Source: a virus. Taken from it: DNA of 64,000 bases. How positions within the stretch are numbered: the stretch's first letter is position 1; each line of letters begins with the position of its first letter. A program made the position numbers and the translations under genes. A model generated the notes under the pieces. That model had not been told where the DNA came from and did not search any database. It saw nothing but the letters and a program-made list of their open reading frames with translations. Below, in pieces: positions 27,901 to 36,529 of the stretch. The DNA is taken from IMG/VR virus record IMGVR_UViG_3300021437_000002. The stretch is one strand, 5' to 3'.

Positions 27901-29229
27901 ACCGTCTTGTCTGCAACCGACGTTGGGACGGAAGTCATTGAGACCAATGACTATATCCGCGACTTCCGCACAGCGGACGGTGAATGCCAGTTCCGCCTCT
28001 ATACCGCCTACTACGGCCGGCGCCTGATCACAGTGACCGCCCACCGCTCGGTACGGTTCCTGCGGCTCGGGCAGCGCGTAAAATTCACCGCGCCCAACTG
28101 GAAGTTTGTCCAAGACCGACGACTGCTCTCCCTGATACGCGTCGAGGGCGAGACCCTGCAATTCGGCTTGCGTGGCTGGAATGCCGCTGCGTATTCCTAC
28201 ACTGCGGGTGCGAACCAAGCGCCGAATACGGCCTTGATCCTGACGGACTACACTCAGACCCTGCCTGACATTCCCACCGCATTCTCTACCGGCACGAACA
28301 CCTATACCATCTCCGCCGCTGGCGTCGTGACGGTCACAGTGCCGGTGACGGCGACGGCGCCAAGTACCGCGAACGTGACGGCGCTGGTCTTTAAGATCAC
28401 GGACGCGTCTGGCGTGCCATTCAAAACCCAGTCAATCCCGACACTGCCCGGAGGGACTCTCGCAGCCCTGTTTGATGGCCTGCCGACCGGCACGGCCTTC
28501 TACTATCGCGTCTATGCCTTTGCCGGTCTCAACAACGCTAGTTTTCAAGAGGGCATCAACGCCGTGCTCGGGCCGGTCACCACCGGGGCCACCCCGGGCG
28601 CACCGTCTGCCCCTACCAGCCTTGCCGGCATGACGAAGCCAGGGCAGACCATCCTGACCTGGACGAATCCGACTAACATTGATCTGGCGGCAATTGAGAT
28701 TCACCGCAGCACGTCCAACTCCTTCACCGACAACACGACGAAAATAGACCAGGTGGCGAAGGTCGGGGATGCCGCGGGGGTGTCGAGCAAATACGTCGAT
28801 TCGTCTGGCGTCTACAGCACCGCCTATTTCTACTCGGTGCGGGCAAAAAATTCCTGCGGGCAGGTCAGCTCGTTTGCCACGTCAGTCAGCGTGACGATCC
28901 CGCAGACGACGACCGTTGACCGTCAAAATATGAATTCAACGCTCATTACCGGCGGGAACTTGAATCCCTATACGCGACGCATTCTCACGTTTACCGTCTC
29001 CCCCGCGCTTTCAGTGACCCCCGGGCTTTCAATTGACGTAGCAGATACACCGGCTGCTCATGCGGCAACGCTCGTCGGCCCATGGGAGCAGCGCACGAAT
29101 CTTGTCAGTGCGTGGCAGTTCAACGCTGATCCGTCCGTCATTCGCAACGCGGGCGATCTTTCGTTATGGTTTTGGACCCTAACTATCGGAATTCACTTAA
29201 CCTTATCTCTTTTTCAGCACGTTCTGTGA
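24898..29229 (+). CDS. tail hub/host-specificity protein with two LamG-like domains and an FN3 domain
   Basis: 1443 aa. Two Laminin_G_3-like segments (...AEIWFKV...WHHAAFS...SLSEARIWNRVL and ...IEFWLKA...WNHFALV...LLDEVRIWNVAR) plus an FN3-like segment (PSAPTSLAG...ILTWTNP...YFYSVRAKN). Confidence 0.75.
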   Translation: MTKALRTRASLTLDSGTVLWTDAEDDAIPTYEGMLVKSVVIEKALPDLGAGVQGAREATLEVTNILVTPTLNTPSYLLTLGEILGKQAHVEVTDLEQSPIKTVLDLDGTVIDTPGGIGRTSAQLRISTQDTDGFTSLVPGVAISDAFPSSDHSALRDTKAMVRVPFGIMSKVDLALCHATVLTCTFVIAASADADKYFYADDTSVPDTLTQNGDRLVYDIFLAAAGVLVGLSLWDGTTLLHATAAVDQNGLSSHPATDLSASANARWYRRDIPLPAALIGKTITTFLVGCENNAAGTYVAYIANAAIVDRNGNVRVSIFNENVTPTYNVGTPFLKLPATNTATINKIAIWDFGAIRLPAIINSGPSFSGAGAATYANPDRYNFTTLTAEIWFKVSSATGNPVLMGRTWTGGHGWTLRLNTTAGGLQAAIQTSVGATTSSASGVWTDNVWHHAAFSINVATLTLKVYGDGLLLTTTAYTGTFTTGGGTFSSGAALLTGGAFTGSLSEARIWNRVLDDQEILFHFNALKTGYETGLMGYWPMNENTGSVAADNSPNGNDATLTGHTWVAGPTATQLVPNVINELYRDAGVVPRDQWSPVAWGSFLLAQFLTAPRSPGGRVPAIQADLVSREFSRNPALAAKFMLTDASYGGGKTADTQNFALAAAHYLSLVNPTGYRIDGGLSSLRPLRDVLNELALHGAYYERFSGGAYRMFVDHVNSALSLTAASSQYIAVGDRADLSFTGNIFTIEFWLKANDTTTAMGILRKRTAATAEEYAIWTSVGGTLEFRAWNSNGATVVYQVNTTYDTNWNHFALVADGANCFLYKNGVQVATAAKGGASMSDTVAPFELGRSRDNAGTGITYTNGLLDEVRIWNVARSLTNIIDWKDRELERLETGLVFYMQMNEVGQTSAFDLVTSTWYALLAGATWSTEAAVTWADPKDENGVAVELGDGDYGSTAWQNASYEGEIITALAQRVKTLTLSCAPDPGFTGNLKYVLGPSRSTTVLSATDVGTEVIETNDYIRDFRTADGECQFRLYTAYYGRRLITVTAHRSVRFLRLGQRVKFTAPNWKFVQDRRLLSLIRVEGETLQFGLRGWNAAAYSYTAGANQAPNTALILTDYTQTLPDIPTAFSTGTNTYTISAAGVVTVTVPVTATAPSTANVTALVFKITDASGVPFKTQSIPTLPGGTLAALFDGLPTGTAFYYRVYAFAGLNNASFQEGINAVLGPVTTGATPGAPSAPTSLAGMTKPGQTILTWTNPTNIDLAAIEIHRSTSNSFTDNTTKIDQVAKVGDAAGVSSKYVDSSGVYSTAYFYSVRAKNSCGQVSSFATSVSVTIPQTTTVDRQNMNSTLITGGNLNPYTRRILTFTVSPALSVTPGLSIDVADTPAAHAATLVGPWEQRTNLVSAWQFNADPSVIRNAGDLSLWFWTLTIGIHLTLSLFQHVL

Positions 29230-29329
29230 CACTATTAAATAATCACATTCTGTTTTATCTTTGTTGGAGGCTTCGGCACTGATAGCTAGTCATTCCCTAG
29301 CCGCTCATGTAATGTAGGAGGATACGACA

Positions 29330-29773
29330 ATGCGACTCCCCATGAAAACCGCCGTGGTGGACCCGAGCGGCCAGATAATTTGGGCCTTCAACCACGTCAC
29401 GCCCGAGCTAGAGTTCGCCAACATCCTCCCACCGCTCTATCGGGATGAAGATGTAAGGACCGGGGAAATCGTCGCGGACGGCGTGAAGTCCCATCCTGAC
29501 CATGTCGTGATCGACCTCACCACCGTCATCACTGAACCGGGGCACTGGCATGTCTTTCTGCGCGATCATCACACCATGCGGATTCGGCCCCACCCTGAGC
29601 ACGGCTTCAAGATCACGCGGATTGTCACGCATCTTCAGGATGATGGGACGGAGATAGAAACTGAGGAGGAACACCCCCTGGAGCAGATACGGCGGGTGCG
29701 GCGGAATCTTCAGGCGGTGGCGCCAGTGAAGGAAACTGCGGGGGCTGATCAAAGTCCCCGCAAGGAGCCATGA
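29330..29773 (+). CDS. hypothetical protein
   Basis: 147-aa ORF with GGAGG upstream. Confidence 0.5.
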   Translation: MRLPMKTAVVDPSGQIIWAFNHVTPELEFANILPPLYRDEDVRTGEIVADGVKSHPDHVVIDLTTVITEPGHWHVFLRDHHTMRIRPHPEHGFKITRIVTHLQDDGTEIETEEEHPLEQIRRVRRNLQAVAPVKETAGADQSPRKEP

Positions 29774-29782
29774 AAAGAGAAT

Positions 29783-30070
29783 TTAGGGAGTTGGCGGCGG
29801 CGCGGGCAATTCCGAGTTCAGCGCGTCCACGGCGCTCTGTATGCCAGTCTTCATGGTGGTCGTGGCCGCTTGCAGAGAGGCAGTCGCGGTCATGACCGCA
29901 GGATCGGTACTCGTCCCGAGCGCCGCCGTGACACGCGCGAGTTCGGCTGTCGTGGCATCGCTCAGCTTTTGCAGATCGCTGGCGAGTTCAGTTGTAAACG
30001 CTTGGATAGCAGTATTGAAATCGTCGATAGCAGCCACGAGTGCCTCCTTCAATGAGTGAATTTCCGCCAT
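29783..30070 (-). CDS. hypothetical alpha-helical protein
   Basis: Internal ATG (MAEIHSLKEAL...) of ORF 29783..30160. Minus strand within a plus-strand block. Confidence 0.4.
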   Translation of the reverse strand: MAEIHSLKEALVAAIDDFNTAIQAFTTELASDLQKLSDATTAELARVTAALGTSTDPAVMTATASLQAATTTMKTGIQSAVDALNSELPAPPPTP

Positions 30071-30161
30071 GAGCAGGGGGAAATCTTTGATCTCGACCGT
30101 CACATGCACCGCTCTTTTGTAACAGAAAAAAATCCTTTGAACAAGGGACAGGAGACGCACT

Positions 30162-30377
30162 GTGGAAGGTTGGATGTGCCCGAGATGTCAACGAGTATGG
30201 GGACCTCTTGTGGCGTACTGTCCGTGTCTGCCGCCATGTCAGCACTGCTACTGCAAAACTGAGCCATCACATGCTGTCGGCGCGCGCGTTTTCTGTTGCA
30301 AATGCGGAGCGCAGATGCGGCTGAATAACATATGTACGGGTGCTTCATGGGCAATTCATCGGAGGATTATTCAATGA
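30162..30377 (+). CDS. Cys-rich small protein (uncertain)
   Basis: 71 aa with 11 Cys (CPRC...CPC...CQHCYC...CCKC). AGGAG lies 7 nt before the GTG. Confidence 0.3.
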   Translation: MEGWMCPRCQRVWGPLVAYCPCLPPCQHCYCKTEPSHAVGARVFCCKCGAQMRLNNICTGASWAIHRRIIQ

Positions 30378-31279
30378 AACTGACTCTGAGTGATATTTTA
30401 GCCGGCGTCGCGCTGCTGCTGGCGCTGCCCGTGTGGGGAGCAGCACCAAATCTCCAGCATCATCTCATCGTTCCAGGACACGCTCTCTATAGCCCCTCAT
30501 TTCAAGATGGCGTCCTGTGCTGGGGAGGCTTTGGTGAAGAAGGGGATCTGCACGACACGATTTACTGCGCGGACGTGCAGGACCCATTCTTCCCTATCTT
30601 CGGCTGGAATATGTGGGTCGCTCTCAATCCGGTCAGTACTGGCATGAATCTCATCAACGACATGAATCTTGTCATTCGTCAGGACGGTGTGTGGCTCGGC
30701 TACACGACCTGCGTGGGCGCTGGACTCAACGGCTTTGTGCTTGAGAACAACAAGGTGTGCGTGAGCCTCTCAACCGACCGCGCACGCACATGGACGAAGC
30801 CAGTCATTCTCGTAGACGGGGCGTGGCTTCCTGGTGCGACGAGGGGGCCTGACGGGCATGTGTGGCTCTTCACAAATGGGACCGACTTTGGCGAGCAGAC
30901 CCGCCGCGATTGCGGCCCGGACGGGGTGACCTGTGGACCTCCGGTGTCCGTCTTCACGCCGTTTTTCTACTACAACATGGAGGTGCGGTGGAATGCGGAC
31001 CTCGGCCTCTATGAAATGGTCGCGGAGACATTTGAGGGTACGGATACCGACCCGGACGCGAGCGCGATTGATTACCTGACGAGCGCGGACGGTCTGATCT
31101 GGGGTGTGGGTCAGGAAGACCTCGTCAGACAACCGGAGCCGGGCTGGGCGATCACCCCGGCGTTCAGTCCTGATCCCCATATGCTCTATGTGGGCGAGTC
31201 GGTTGACGGCAAGACCACGGGAGTGAGCGCGGTGGTGTTACCCGATGTGGCTCCTGTGGCGTTGCCGGTATGGTGGTGA
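30374..31279 (+). CDS. secreted protein with a single Asp-box (BNR/sialidase-like fold?)
   Basis: Signal peptide MKLTLSDILAGVALLLALPVWGA, then STDRARTW close to the SxDxGxTW consensus. GGAGG upstream. Confidence 0.5.
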   Translation: MKLTLSDILAGVALLLALPVWGAAPNLQHHLIVPGHALYSPSFQDGVLCWGGFGEEGDLHDTIYCADVQDPFFPIFGWNMWVALNPVSTGMNLINDMNLVIRQDGVWLGYTTCVGAGLNGFVLENNKVCVSLSTDRARTWTKPVILVDGAWLPGATRGPDGHVWLFTNGTDFGEQTRRDCGPDGVTCGPPVSVFTPFFYYNMEVRWNADLGLYEMVAETFEGTDTDPDASAIDYLTSADGLIWGVGQEDLVRQPEPGWAITPAFSPDPHMLYVGESVDGKTTGVSAVVLPDVAPVALPVWW

Positions 31280-31372
31280 GGCTCGGGAAATGACCCTTAG
31301 ACAGAGTGCAAAAGAAAGCGTAGCATAAGAAAAACAGCGTCAAGCAACTTTCGTGTTCGCGTACCCATATTG

Positions 31373-31412
31373 GCCGCGCAGGAGAATTCCCCGCTCCTCC
31401 GCGGCTTTTTTT
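31373..31412 (+). terminator. rho-independent terminator
   Basis: GCCGCGCAGGAG pairs with CTCCTCCGCGGC (one mismatch), followed by TTTTTTT. Confidence 0.65.
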
Positions 31413-31572
31413 GTGCTCTGAAAAGCGAGAGACAACATGAGAAACCCGGAATACTCCTCTCCCCACTACCAGCGATCTTCTCGCGTGCAGTGCATGAACA
31501 AGGCGCGGATCTGGAGCCGGAGCAGTGAACGATTTTTTTACCGGGCTCATTCTCAAGTATAAGGGGGTGCCC

Positions 31573-31764
31573 ATGATTCTGGATTGGATTCGCACACTGA
31601 AGGACTCCGCCTCCGGCAAGAAAACCTACATGGTGGGAGGGATGATGATCTTGCACGCGCTGACCGCCGCGTTTCTCGCCGCCGATCCTTCACAGGTGGA
31701 CACAAAAGAATTGCTTGAGGGCCTCTCGCTCTGTTTCTTGCGAGCGGGGATCGCGAAAGTATAG
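31573..31764 (+). CDS. small membrane protein (holin-like candidate)
   Basis: AAGGGGG before the ATG. 63 aa with a hydrophobic span TYMVGGMMILHALTAAFLAA. Confidence 0.45.
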   Translation: MILDWIRTLKDSASGKKTYMVGGMMILHALTAAFLAADPSQVDTKELLEGLSLCFLRAGIAKV

Positions 31765-31777
31765 GAGCACTACGCCA

Positions 31778-31978
31778 ATGACTGAAGAACAGGCACGCGG
31801 CATTGAAGCCATGAGCACCCTGAGCATCGAGGGAGTGCAAAAGTTTCTGGCAGGCATCACCGAAGCAAGAGAGTGGGCGCTCTCGCTTTACCGGAGGAAT
31901 CAGACGCTCGTAGAGGAAAACACGCGGCTGCGCGCACGCATCGCTGAGCTGGAGCGCGCCGGCGGGAATACGCAATGA
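31778..31978 (+). CDS. small coiled-coil protein
   Basis: 66 aa, with ATG at 31778. Confidence 0.4.
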   Translation: MTEEQARGIEAMSTLSIEGVQKFLAGITEAREWALSLYRRNQTLVEENTRLRARIAELERAGGNTQ

Positions 31979-32268
31979 CCCTCACGGAAAAAATACGCGC
32001 CCTTACGGAACTTATAAATCTGGGGGGACAAGTGAGGAATATAGACATTTTTGCCTGTACCGTCGGTATTCTCATCATGCTGGCACTCGTCGCTGTCTTC
32101 AGTGCTCTGCTCACTGGCTGTGCTCACATGGAACTGCAAGGCTGTGCTCAGGTATATGAGCGAGTCGCGCAGTATGCAGACTATAACCGAGAATCTCTTT
32201 CTTTTGAGCGCAGGCCGATTCCTGCGGCCCTGAGAGAGGCGCAAGAGTGCTGTGATAATGCACACTAG
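31975..32268 (+). CDS. membrane/lipoprotein (spanin-like candidate)
   Basis: Hydrophobic span ending in the lipobox-like LLTGC. Confidence 0.45.
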   Translation: MTLTEKIRALTELINLGGQVRNIDIFACTVGILIMLALVAVFSALLTGCAHMELQGCAQVYERVAQYADYNRESLSFERRPIPAALREAQECCDNAH

Positions 32269-32536
32269 CATCACACTACTCCTTTGCTGTCTCCTCTCCG
32301 GCTGCACCATGCTAGCGGCGATAAGGGAGCGGCCTCGCCTGGAGAATGAGCACCGGCAGGCGATCAACGATGTGATCGAGGCGGAGGCATTGTTGATTGT
32401 GAACTGCAATAGCCTGAAGCCGCCTAGGACCTGTATATATCCGCCGACCTGGCCAGTAACTATTCTCGATTCGCGGAAGAAGGGAGAGGCGAGTCTCATT
32501 AGCCTGCCTTCTCTCCCCGAGGTATTGATGCCTTGA
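32258..32536 (+). CDS. lipoprotein (o-spanin-like candidate)
   Basis: MHTSITLLLCCLLSGC: a signal peptide with an LSGC lipobox. Confidence 0.55.
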   Translation: MHTSITLLLCCLLSGCTMLAAIRERPRLENEHRQAINDVIEAEALLIVNCNSLKPPRTCIYPPTWPVTILDSRKKGEASLISLPSLPEVLMP

Positions 32537-32552
32537 CATCCTCCCAAGAAAC

Positions 32553-32777
32553 ATGATGAACATGACTTCTAGAATGGTTCCTGCTTCGACGGCCCTTGCT
32601 GCCAACAACCGCAGTCATTGGCAGTCTGACAGAGCCTCCACAGGCAGAGACCGCCTGTCCGGCGGCCTTTACATTCAGTGCCGCATCTGGGCAGAGAGTG
32701 TGGAGCTTCTCGCGAGAAATCCTGCGGACTTTGCCGACAGAGTGAACGATCAGGATGTCAATGAGGGCACGCAGTGA
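32553..32777 (+). CDS. hypothetical protein
   Basis: 74-aa ORF. Confidence 0.3.
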   Translation: MMNMTSRMVPASTALAANNRSHWQSDRASTGRDRLSGGLYIQCRIWAESVELLARNPADFADRVNDQDVNEGTQ

Positions 32778-32968
32778 AACTCTATCCCGTGACAGGAGAG
32801 GATGGCCAGCAGTTACTTCTGACAAAGGCACGGACGGAAGTCTGCCGCCATCTGAGCTTGCTTGCCGATGTAACCATAGATCCTCCGAAGATTACGTGCG
32901 CCGTGTGTGAAAAAGAGGTGACAGTCGCTGAAGCGCAGCGGATCTTGGACCGCAGGACAATACCATGA
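32774..32968 (+). CDS. hypothetical protein
   Basis: 64-aa ORF with a GTG start overlapping the previous stop. Confidence 0.4.
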   Translation: MKLYPVTGEDGQQLLLTKARTEVCRHLSLLADVTIDPPKITCAVCEKEVTVAEAQRILDRRTIP

Positions 32969-33270
32969 AGGGCATGACGTTTACTCTCTTGCTCAGCCTC
33001 CTCCTTGTCTTTGCCGCGCACGCCGAGAGCTACAAAGTCCAATTTTCCCTGGACGGGGGCAAGACCTGGAAGCGGCAGTACCTTCCCACTTCCGTCACGA
33101 GAGCTTTTCTGAAAGCAACGCTTAACGAGGCGGACAAGGAGCCGTGGGCCACGGACCATATCATCGTGACAGTCACAAAACGTGAGGGAGGGCAGACGGA
33201 TATTCAGTACGCCCTCAAATGCCATGAGATCCCGCCGCTCACGGAGACCGATACTGGTTTTGACAAATGA
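32965..33270 (+). CDS. secreted hypothetical protein
   Basis: Signal peptide MKGMTFTLLLSLLLVFAAHA. ATGA overlap with the preceding gene. Confidence 0.55.
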   Translation: MKGMTFTLLLSLLLVFAAHAESYKVQFSLDGGKTWKRQYLPTSVTRAFLKATLNEADKEPWATDHIIVTVTKREGGQTDIQYALKCHEIPPLTETDTGFDK

Positions 33271-33437
33271 CGCGAGAAGAAATCCTTGCGGTTCCTGAAG
33301 TCCAGAGCTTTCTGCAAAACTTCGCACAGTACTGCGGAGCGCCTCGGGCAGTGTTTGAAGGGCAGTTTCTTGTGGCGGTGGAGGCAGTGGTTGAGGAAGA
33401 GCGTCGAAAGAATGTAGGAGAGGCAAGTGGTCGATGA
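33267..33437 (+). CDS. small hypothetical protein
   Basis: 56 codons read by eye. ATGA overlap with the preceding gene. Confidence 0.35.
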   Translation: MTREEILAVPEVQSFLQNFAQYCGAPRAVFEGQFLVAVEAVVEEERRKNVGEASGR

Positions 33438-33627
33438 ACTCCAGGCAGAAGTACGATGTGAGTTTACGTTCTGTGGAAACACGCAGTGGGTTGCGTGGGA
33501 GAACCGCAACGAGGTCTACAACGGCAAGGTCTTGCGGCATAGCTCTATTTCCTGTGATGCCTGCCACAGTAAGACCTTTTGGACGGGGAGGCAGCGCGGT
33601 GAGGTGCCGGTGGGGCGGAAGGGGTAA
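33427..33627 (+). CDS. small Cys-containing protein
   Basis: 66-aa ORF with a GTG start. Contains CEFTFC...CDAC. Confidence 0.35.
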   Translation: MVDELQAEVRCEFTFCGNTQWVAWENRNEVYNGKVLRHSSISCDACHSKTFWTGRQRGEVPVGRKG

Positions 33628-33637
33628 ATAAGTGAGA

Positions 33638-34303
33638 TCAGGGATAATGTCGTACCGGAGTCGTCAGGGCGCGTTCGATAGACCACCCATCACGAAGCCG
33701 ACGATAGATCAGCATGAAGTTGACGCCAAGATGACTTGCCCATTGCCGAGGCGTTCGTGTTTCTTCTTGATAGGTAATCCAGATAGTGACGCTTCTGTTG
33801 TCTTGTTGTTGTGCCGAGGTTGCCCACCTTACATTCATCGGCCATTGTCTTGTCAAACACTCTGGACAACGCCCACACGAATAATGACCATTGTTATCTT
33901 TGCGATCAAGCGAATGTTTTTGACTTGGTTTCTCGTGGAGCAGGGCAAAAAAATTCTCAAAGGTTTGCAACCCTTCACAGACCTTTATCCCACGATCGTA
34001 ATAGCGTTCTGGATGCGCATAAGAAGGAAGGATACGAGCCTTCATATTTACCCAGACCCCATATTCTTTTGTGTATCCTCCTCCCCTACTCTGACCATGC
34101 GTTATATTACTTTGCCATACTCGCTCTTTATTCAAACACCCGCAACTTCGCGTATTACCAGACTTCAGATGCCAATTGCGAACAAAAAGAGTGTTTCCAC
34201 AATTGCATTGACAGAGAGACATTGGTATTCCTGGGGTCAGAACTGTAAGGCGCGTAAAAACTTGCCCGACTTCAAATGGTGGGGTAAGAGATTGAATAGC
34301 CAT
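33638..34303 (-). CDS. HNH_3-like homing endonuclease-like protein (paralog of 35894..36529)
   Basis: N-terminal CQCNCG...SCGC zinc motif, SLDRKDNNGHY...NVRWATSAQQQDN, and C-terminal WASHLGVN...RRLRDGWSIERALTTP. AAGGAG upstream. Opposite strand to its neighbours. Confidence 0.7.
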   Translation of the reverse strand: MAIQSLTPPFEVGQVFTRLTVLTPGIPMSLCQCNCGNTLFVRNWHLKSGNTRSCGCLNKERVWQSNITHGQSRGGGYTKEYGVWVNMKARILPSYAHPERYYDRGIKVCEGLQTFENFFALLHEKPSQKHSLDRKDNNGHYSCGRCPECLTRQWPMNVRWATSAQQQDNRSVTIWITYQEETRTPRQWASHLGVNFMLIYRRLRDGWSIERALTTPVRHYP

Positions 34304-34397
34304 CTCGAAAGCTCCTTTTCGCTATGGTTAGAGTTCGCCTCGGTGCTCTTAACATCGAGGCGGCTCGTTCTTCCTAGCATAGCTATAAGAGGGGCCA

Positions 34398-34841
34398 ATG
34401 TCTACTGAATCTGATGCTTTCGACACTTTATTTAAACTCTATGGCCAGCAGTACGGAGTCTCATGGACATTTTTGAAGGCGCAGGTGCGAGTAGAAAGCA
34501 ACTTTAACCCGCTGGCGGTGAATCTTCGGAGTGGGTGCCAAGGGCTCGCCCAGTTCGCGCCTGCGACGTTCCATGAATACGCGGTGAAGCTTGGCCTTCA
34601 GAATGCCAGCCCTTTCAAGCCAGAGGATGCGATTCATGTGCAGGCCGCCTACATGGCGGATCTGCACAAACAGTGGGATGACACGGCGAAGACGCTCGTT
34701 GCGTATGATTGGGGGACAGGGCACTTACAGTGGCTCATGGCGCACATCCGCGATGCAGTACATTGGTTGACTTTCACCCCAACGGAAACGCAACAATATG
34801 TGACAGCGATCATGAAATTCTGGCAGGAGTACCGCGCCTAA
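34398..34841 (+). CDS. endolysin, SLT-type lytic transglycosylase
   Basis: Contains VRVESNFNPLAVNLRSGCQGLAQF, matching the ES..NP.A.S..GA.GLMQ motif. Confidence 0.85.
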   Translation: MSTESDAFDTLFKLYGQQYGVSWTFLKAQVRVESNFNPLAVNLRSGCQGLAQFAPATFHEYAVKLGLQNASPFKPEDAIHVQAAYMADLHKQWDDTAKTLVAYDWGTGHLQWLMAHIRDAVHWLTFTPTETQQYVTAIMKFWQEYRA

Positions 34842-35299
34842 TGGCAGACACACTGACACCCGGAGCAGAACACTCCGTCGGCCCACCAAAGCAGACTTTC
34901 TTCAGTGGTCTGGCGGAAGTACTCTCGGTGGTGATGCCCTATCTGATGGCCTTTCGTTTTTTTACCCTGGAACTGCCGCCCTGGGCGGAAGACATGAGAA
35001 AAACCTGGGGGGTCGGATTCATCATTTTGGGCACAGTAATCTTTTTGATCCTCCGCTATGTGCCACGCCACGGACTGGGAAACTTCATCCATGCACAGGA
35101 ACAGCAGGTCTATGCGATGACGACAATTGCCTATGCGGTACAGGAGATCAACAAAGAGGGCGGACAATTCGCCACTCAGAATGCGAAACTGGAGCAGATC
35201 TTGCTGAACATGGCGCGACTCCTGGAACGGGTCAGAGTCATCGAGGCGAGAGTCCTTTCGCTCAAATTACTGAATGGAGACGATGCCGTGAAAGACTAG
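34841..35299 (+). CDS. membrane protein with C-terminal coiled coil (lysis accessory)
   Basis: TAATG overlap with the endolysin gene. Two hydrophobic spans followed by a helical tail. Confidence 0.5.
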   Translation: MADTLTPGAEHSVGPPKQTFFSGLAEVLSVVMPYLMAFRFFTLELPPWAEDMRKTWGVGFIILGTVIFLILRYVPRHGLGNFIHAQEQQVYAMTTIAYAVQEINKEGGQFATQNAKLEQILLNMARLLERVRVIEARVLSLKLLNGDDAVKD

Positions 35300-35309
35300 G
35301 AGAAGAAAA

Positions 35310-35537
35310 ATGAAAGTTTGGTATCAATCAAAGACGCTCTGGGTGAACTTCGCGGGTCTTGTCACCCTGCTGGCGCAGTGGACTTCTGGCGCGAATCTCA
35401 TCCCGCCGGAGCTGCTCGCCACGATTCTGGCCGTCGCCAATTTCGTGCTGCGCTTCCTCACTGACCAGCCGATCAGCATCCCCGCGCTGATACTGAAGCT
35501 CACTCATTTTGCACTTCCGCCTGAAGGCAAAGATTAA
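35310..35537 (+). CDS. holin-like small membrane protein
   Basis: 75 aa. MKVWYQSKTLWVNFAGLVTLLAQW plus a second hydrophobic span. Confidence 0.55.
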   Translation: MKVWYQSKTLWVNFAGLVTLLAQWTSGANLIPPELLATILAVANFVLRFLTDQPISIPALILKLTHFALPPEGKD

Positions 35538-35553
35538 TACCAGGAGATTAAAC

Positions 35554-35886
35554 ATGGACGTTATTGCCCTTATTATCGCTTTTTTCACCAGCGCGACATT
35601 CCGCGAGATCCTCGCCTACTTCCTCAAAGACCTCAAGGTACGCCGCGTCGATGACCCACGGCTCTTGGACTTTGCTATGACAATCATGACAAACCTGCAG
35701 AATACGAGCCTGACGGGTATACAGAAATATACCGCTGCATTTGATGAGGTCATAGCCTACGCAAAGACTCTGGGTATAGAGGCAGGCGAGGCCGGCGTGG
35801 ACTCACTATTGCAATTCCTCTTGCCAACGGTAAAAGCGAAGGTGGCAGCAATGCAGCCGCCTGTGCCTCTACCCCCGGCAGCTTAG
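35554..35886 (+). CDS. holin-like protein (LL-H-like architecture)
   Basis: N-terminal TM segment MDVIALIIAFFTSATF followed by a soluble helical domain. AGGAG upstream. Confidence 0.45.
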   Translation: MDVIALIIAFFTSATFREILAYFLKDLKVRRVDDPRLLDFAMTIMTNLQNTSLTGIQKYTAAFDEVIAYAKTLGIEAGEAGVDSLLQFLLPTVKAKVAAMQPPVPLPPAA

Positions 35887-35893
35887 GGAGCTG

Positions 35894-36529
35894 TTACCGT
35901 GTCAGGGCTCTCTCAATAGACCAGCCGCTCGCAAGTCTCTCGTGAAGCGTTGTATGATTGATATGGAGAAATCTCGCCCATTGTACAACCGTCAAGGTCA
36001 GTCCCTTATGGGTAAGAAAGCGGCTACTTCGTCTATTGTTTGCCTGTTCTTCCCGGGTTGCCCAGCGGACATTCCCCGGCTCATAATTACCGTCATTATC
36101 CGGGTAGCGGTCGATCGAATATTCCGGTCCCGGCCGGCGGCCTACGTCAGCAAGAAAGTTCTCAAAAGAATCTTTCCAGCGGTCGCAGATAGTGATTCCT
36201 CTGCCCCCGTAACGTGGAAAGGCCTGGTCATTTGGATTCAGGGTTCTCAACTTTATCCCACGCCAAATATTGTACTCAGGCGAGGTAGTACAATTGACCG
36301 AGTCTCCATGTGTTGTTCTCTGGATGTTGCGGGCTACAGTGATTTCTCGCTGCAAACACCCACAGCTCTTGCACCTATTATTACAGATATCCTTAGCTGC
36401 CCTTTCTTGTATCGTTCCACATTGACACTGAAACAAACCCCAGGTTTGGCCATTTCTAGATGGAACCTGAGACAAGACGGTCCAGCGATTAAAAGTTTGC
36501 CCGGGAGAAAAGATATAGGCTTTCGGCAT
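35894..36529 (-). CDS. HNH_3-like homing endonuclease-like protein (paralog of 33638..34303)
   Basis: CQCGT...CKSCGC, YGGRGITICDRW, SIDRYPDNDGNYEPGNVRWATREEQANN, and WARFL...ERLASGWSIERALTR. GGAGG lies 8 nt before the ATG at 36529. Confidence 0.7.
   Translation of the reverse strand: MPKAYIFSPGQTFNRWTVLSQVPSRNGQTWGLFQCQCGTIQERAAKDICNNRCKSCGCLQREITVARNIQRTTHGDSVNCTTSPEYNIWRGIKLRTLNPNDQAFPRYGGRGITICDRWKDSFENFLADVGRRPGPEYSIDRYPDNDGNYEPGNVRWATREEQANNRRSSRFLTHKGLTLTVVQWARFLHINHTTLHERLASGWSIERALTR

Noticed and set aside
32782-33567. 261-aa minus-strand ORF spanning several small plus-strand genes
   Set aside because: The plus-strand genes show ATGA/GTGA translational coupling and a signal peptide. 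The minus-strand translation lacks any motif or RBS.
33632-34408. 258-aa plus-strand ORF (and 35942..36628 +) antisense to the HNH_3-like genes
   Set aside because: The minus-strand products are clear paralogs with conserved motifs and good RBSs. The plus-strand translations are not similar to each other.
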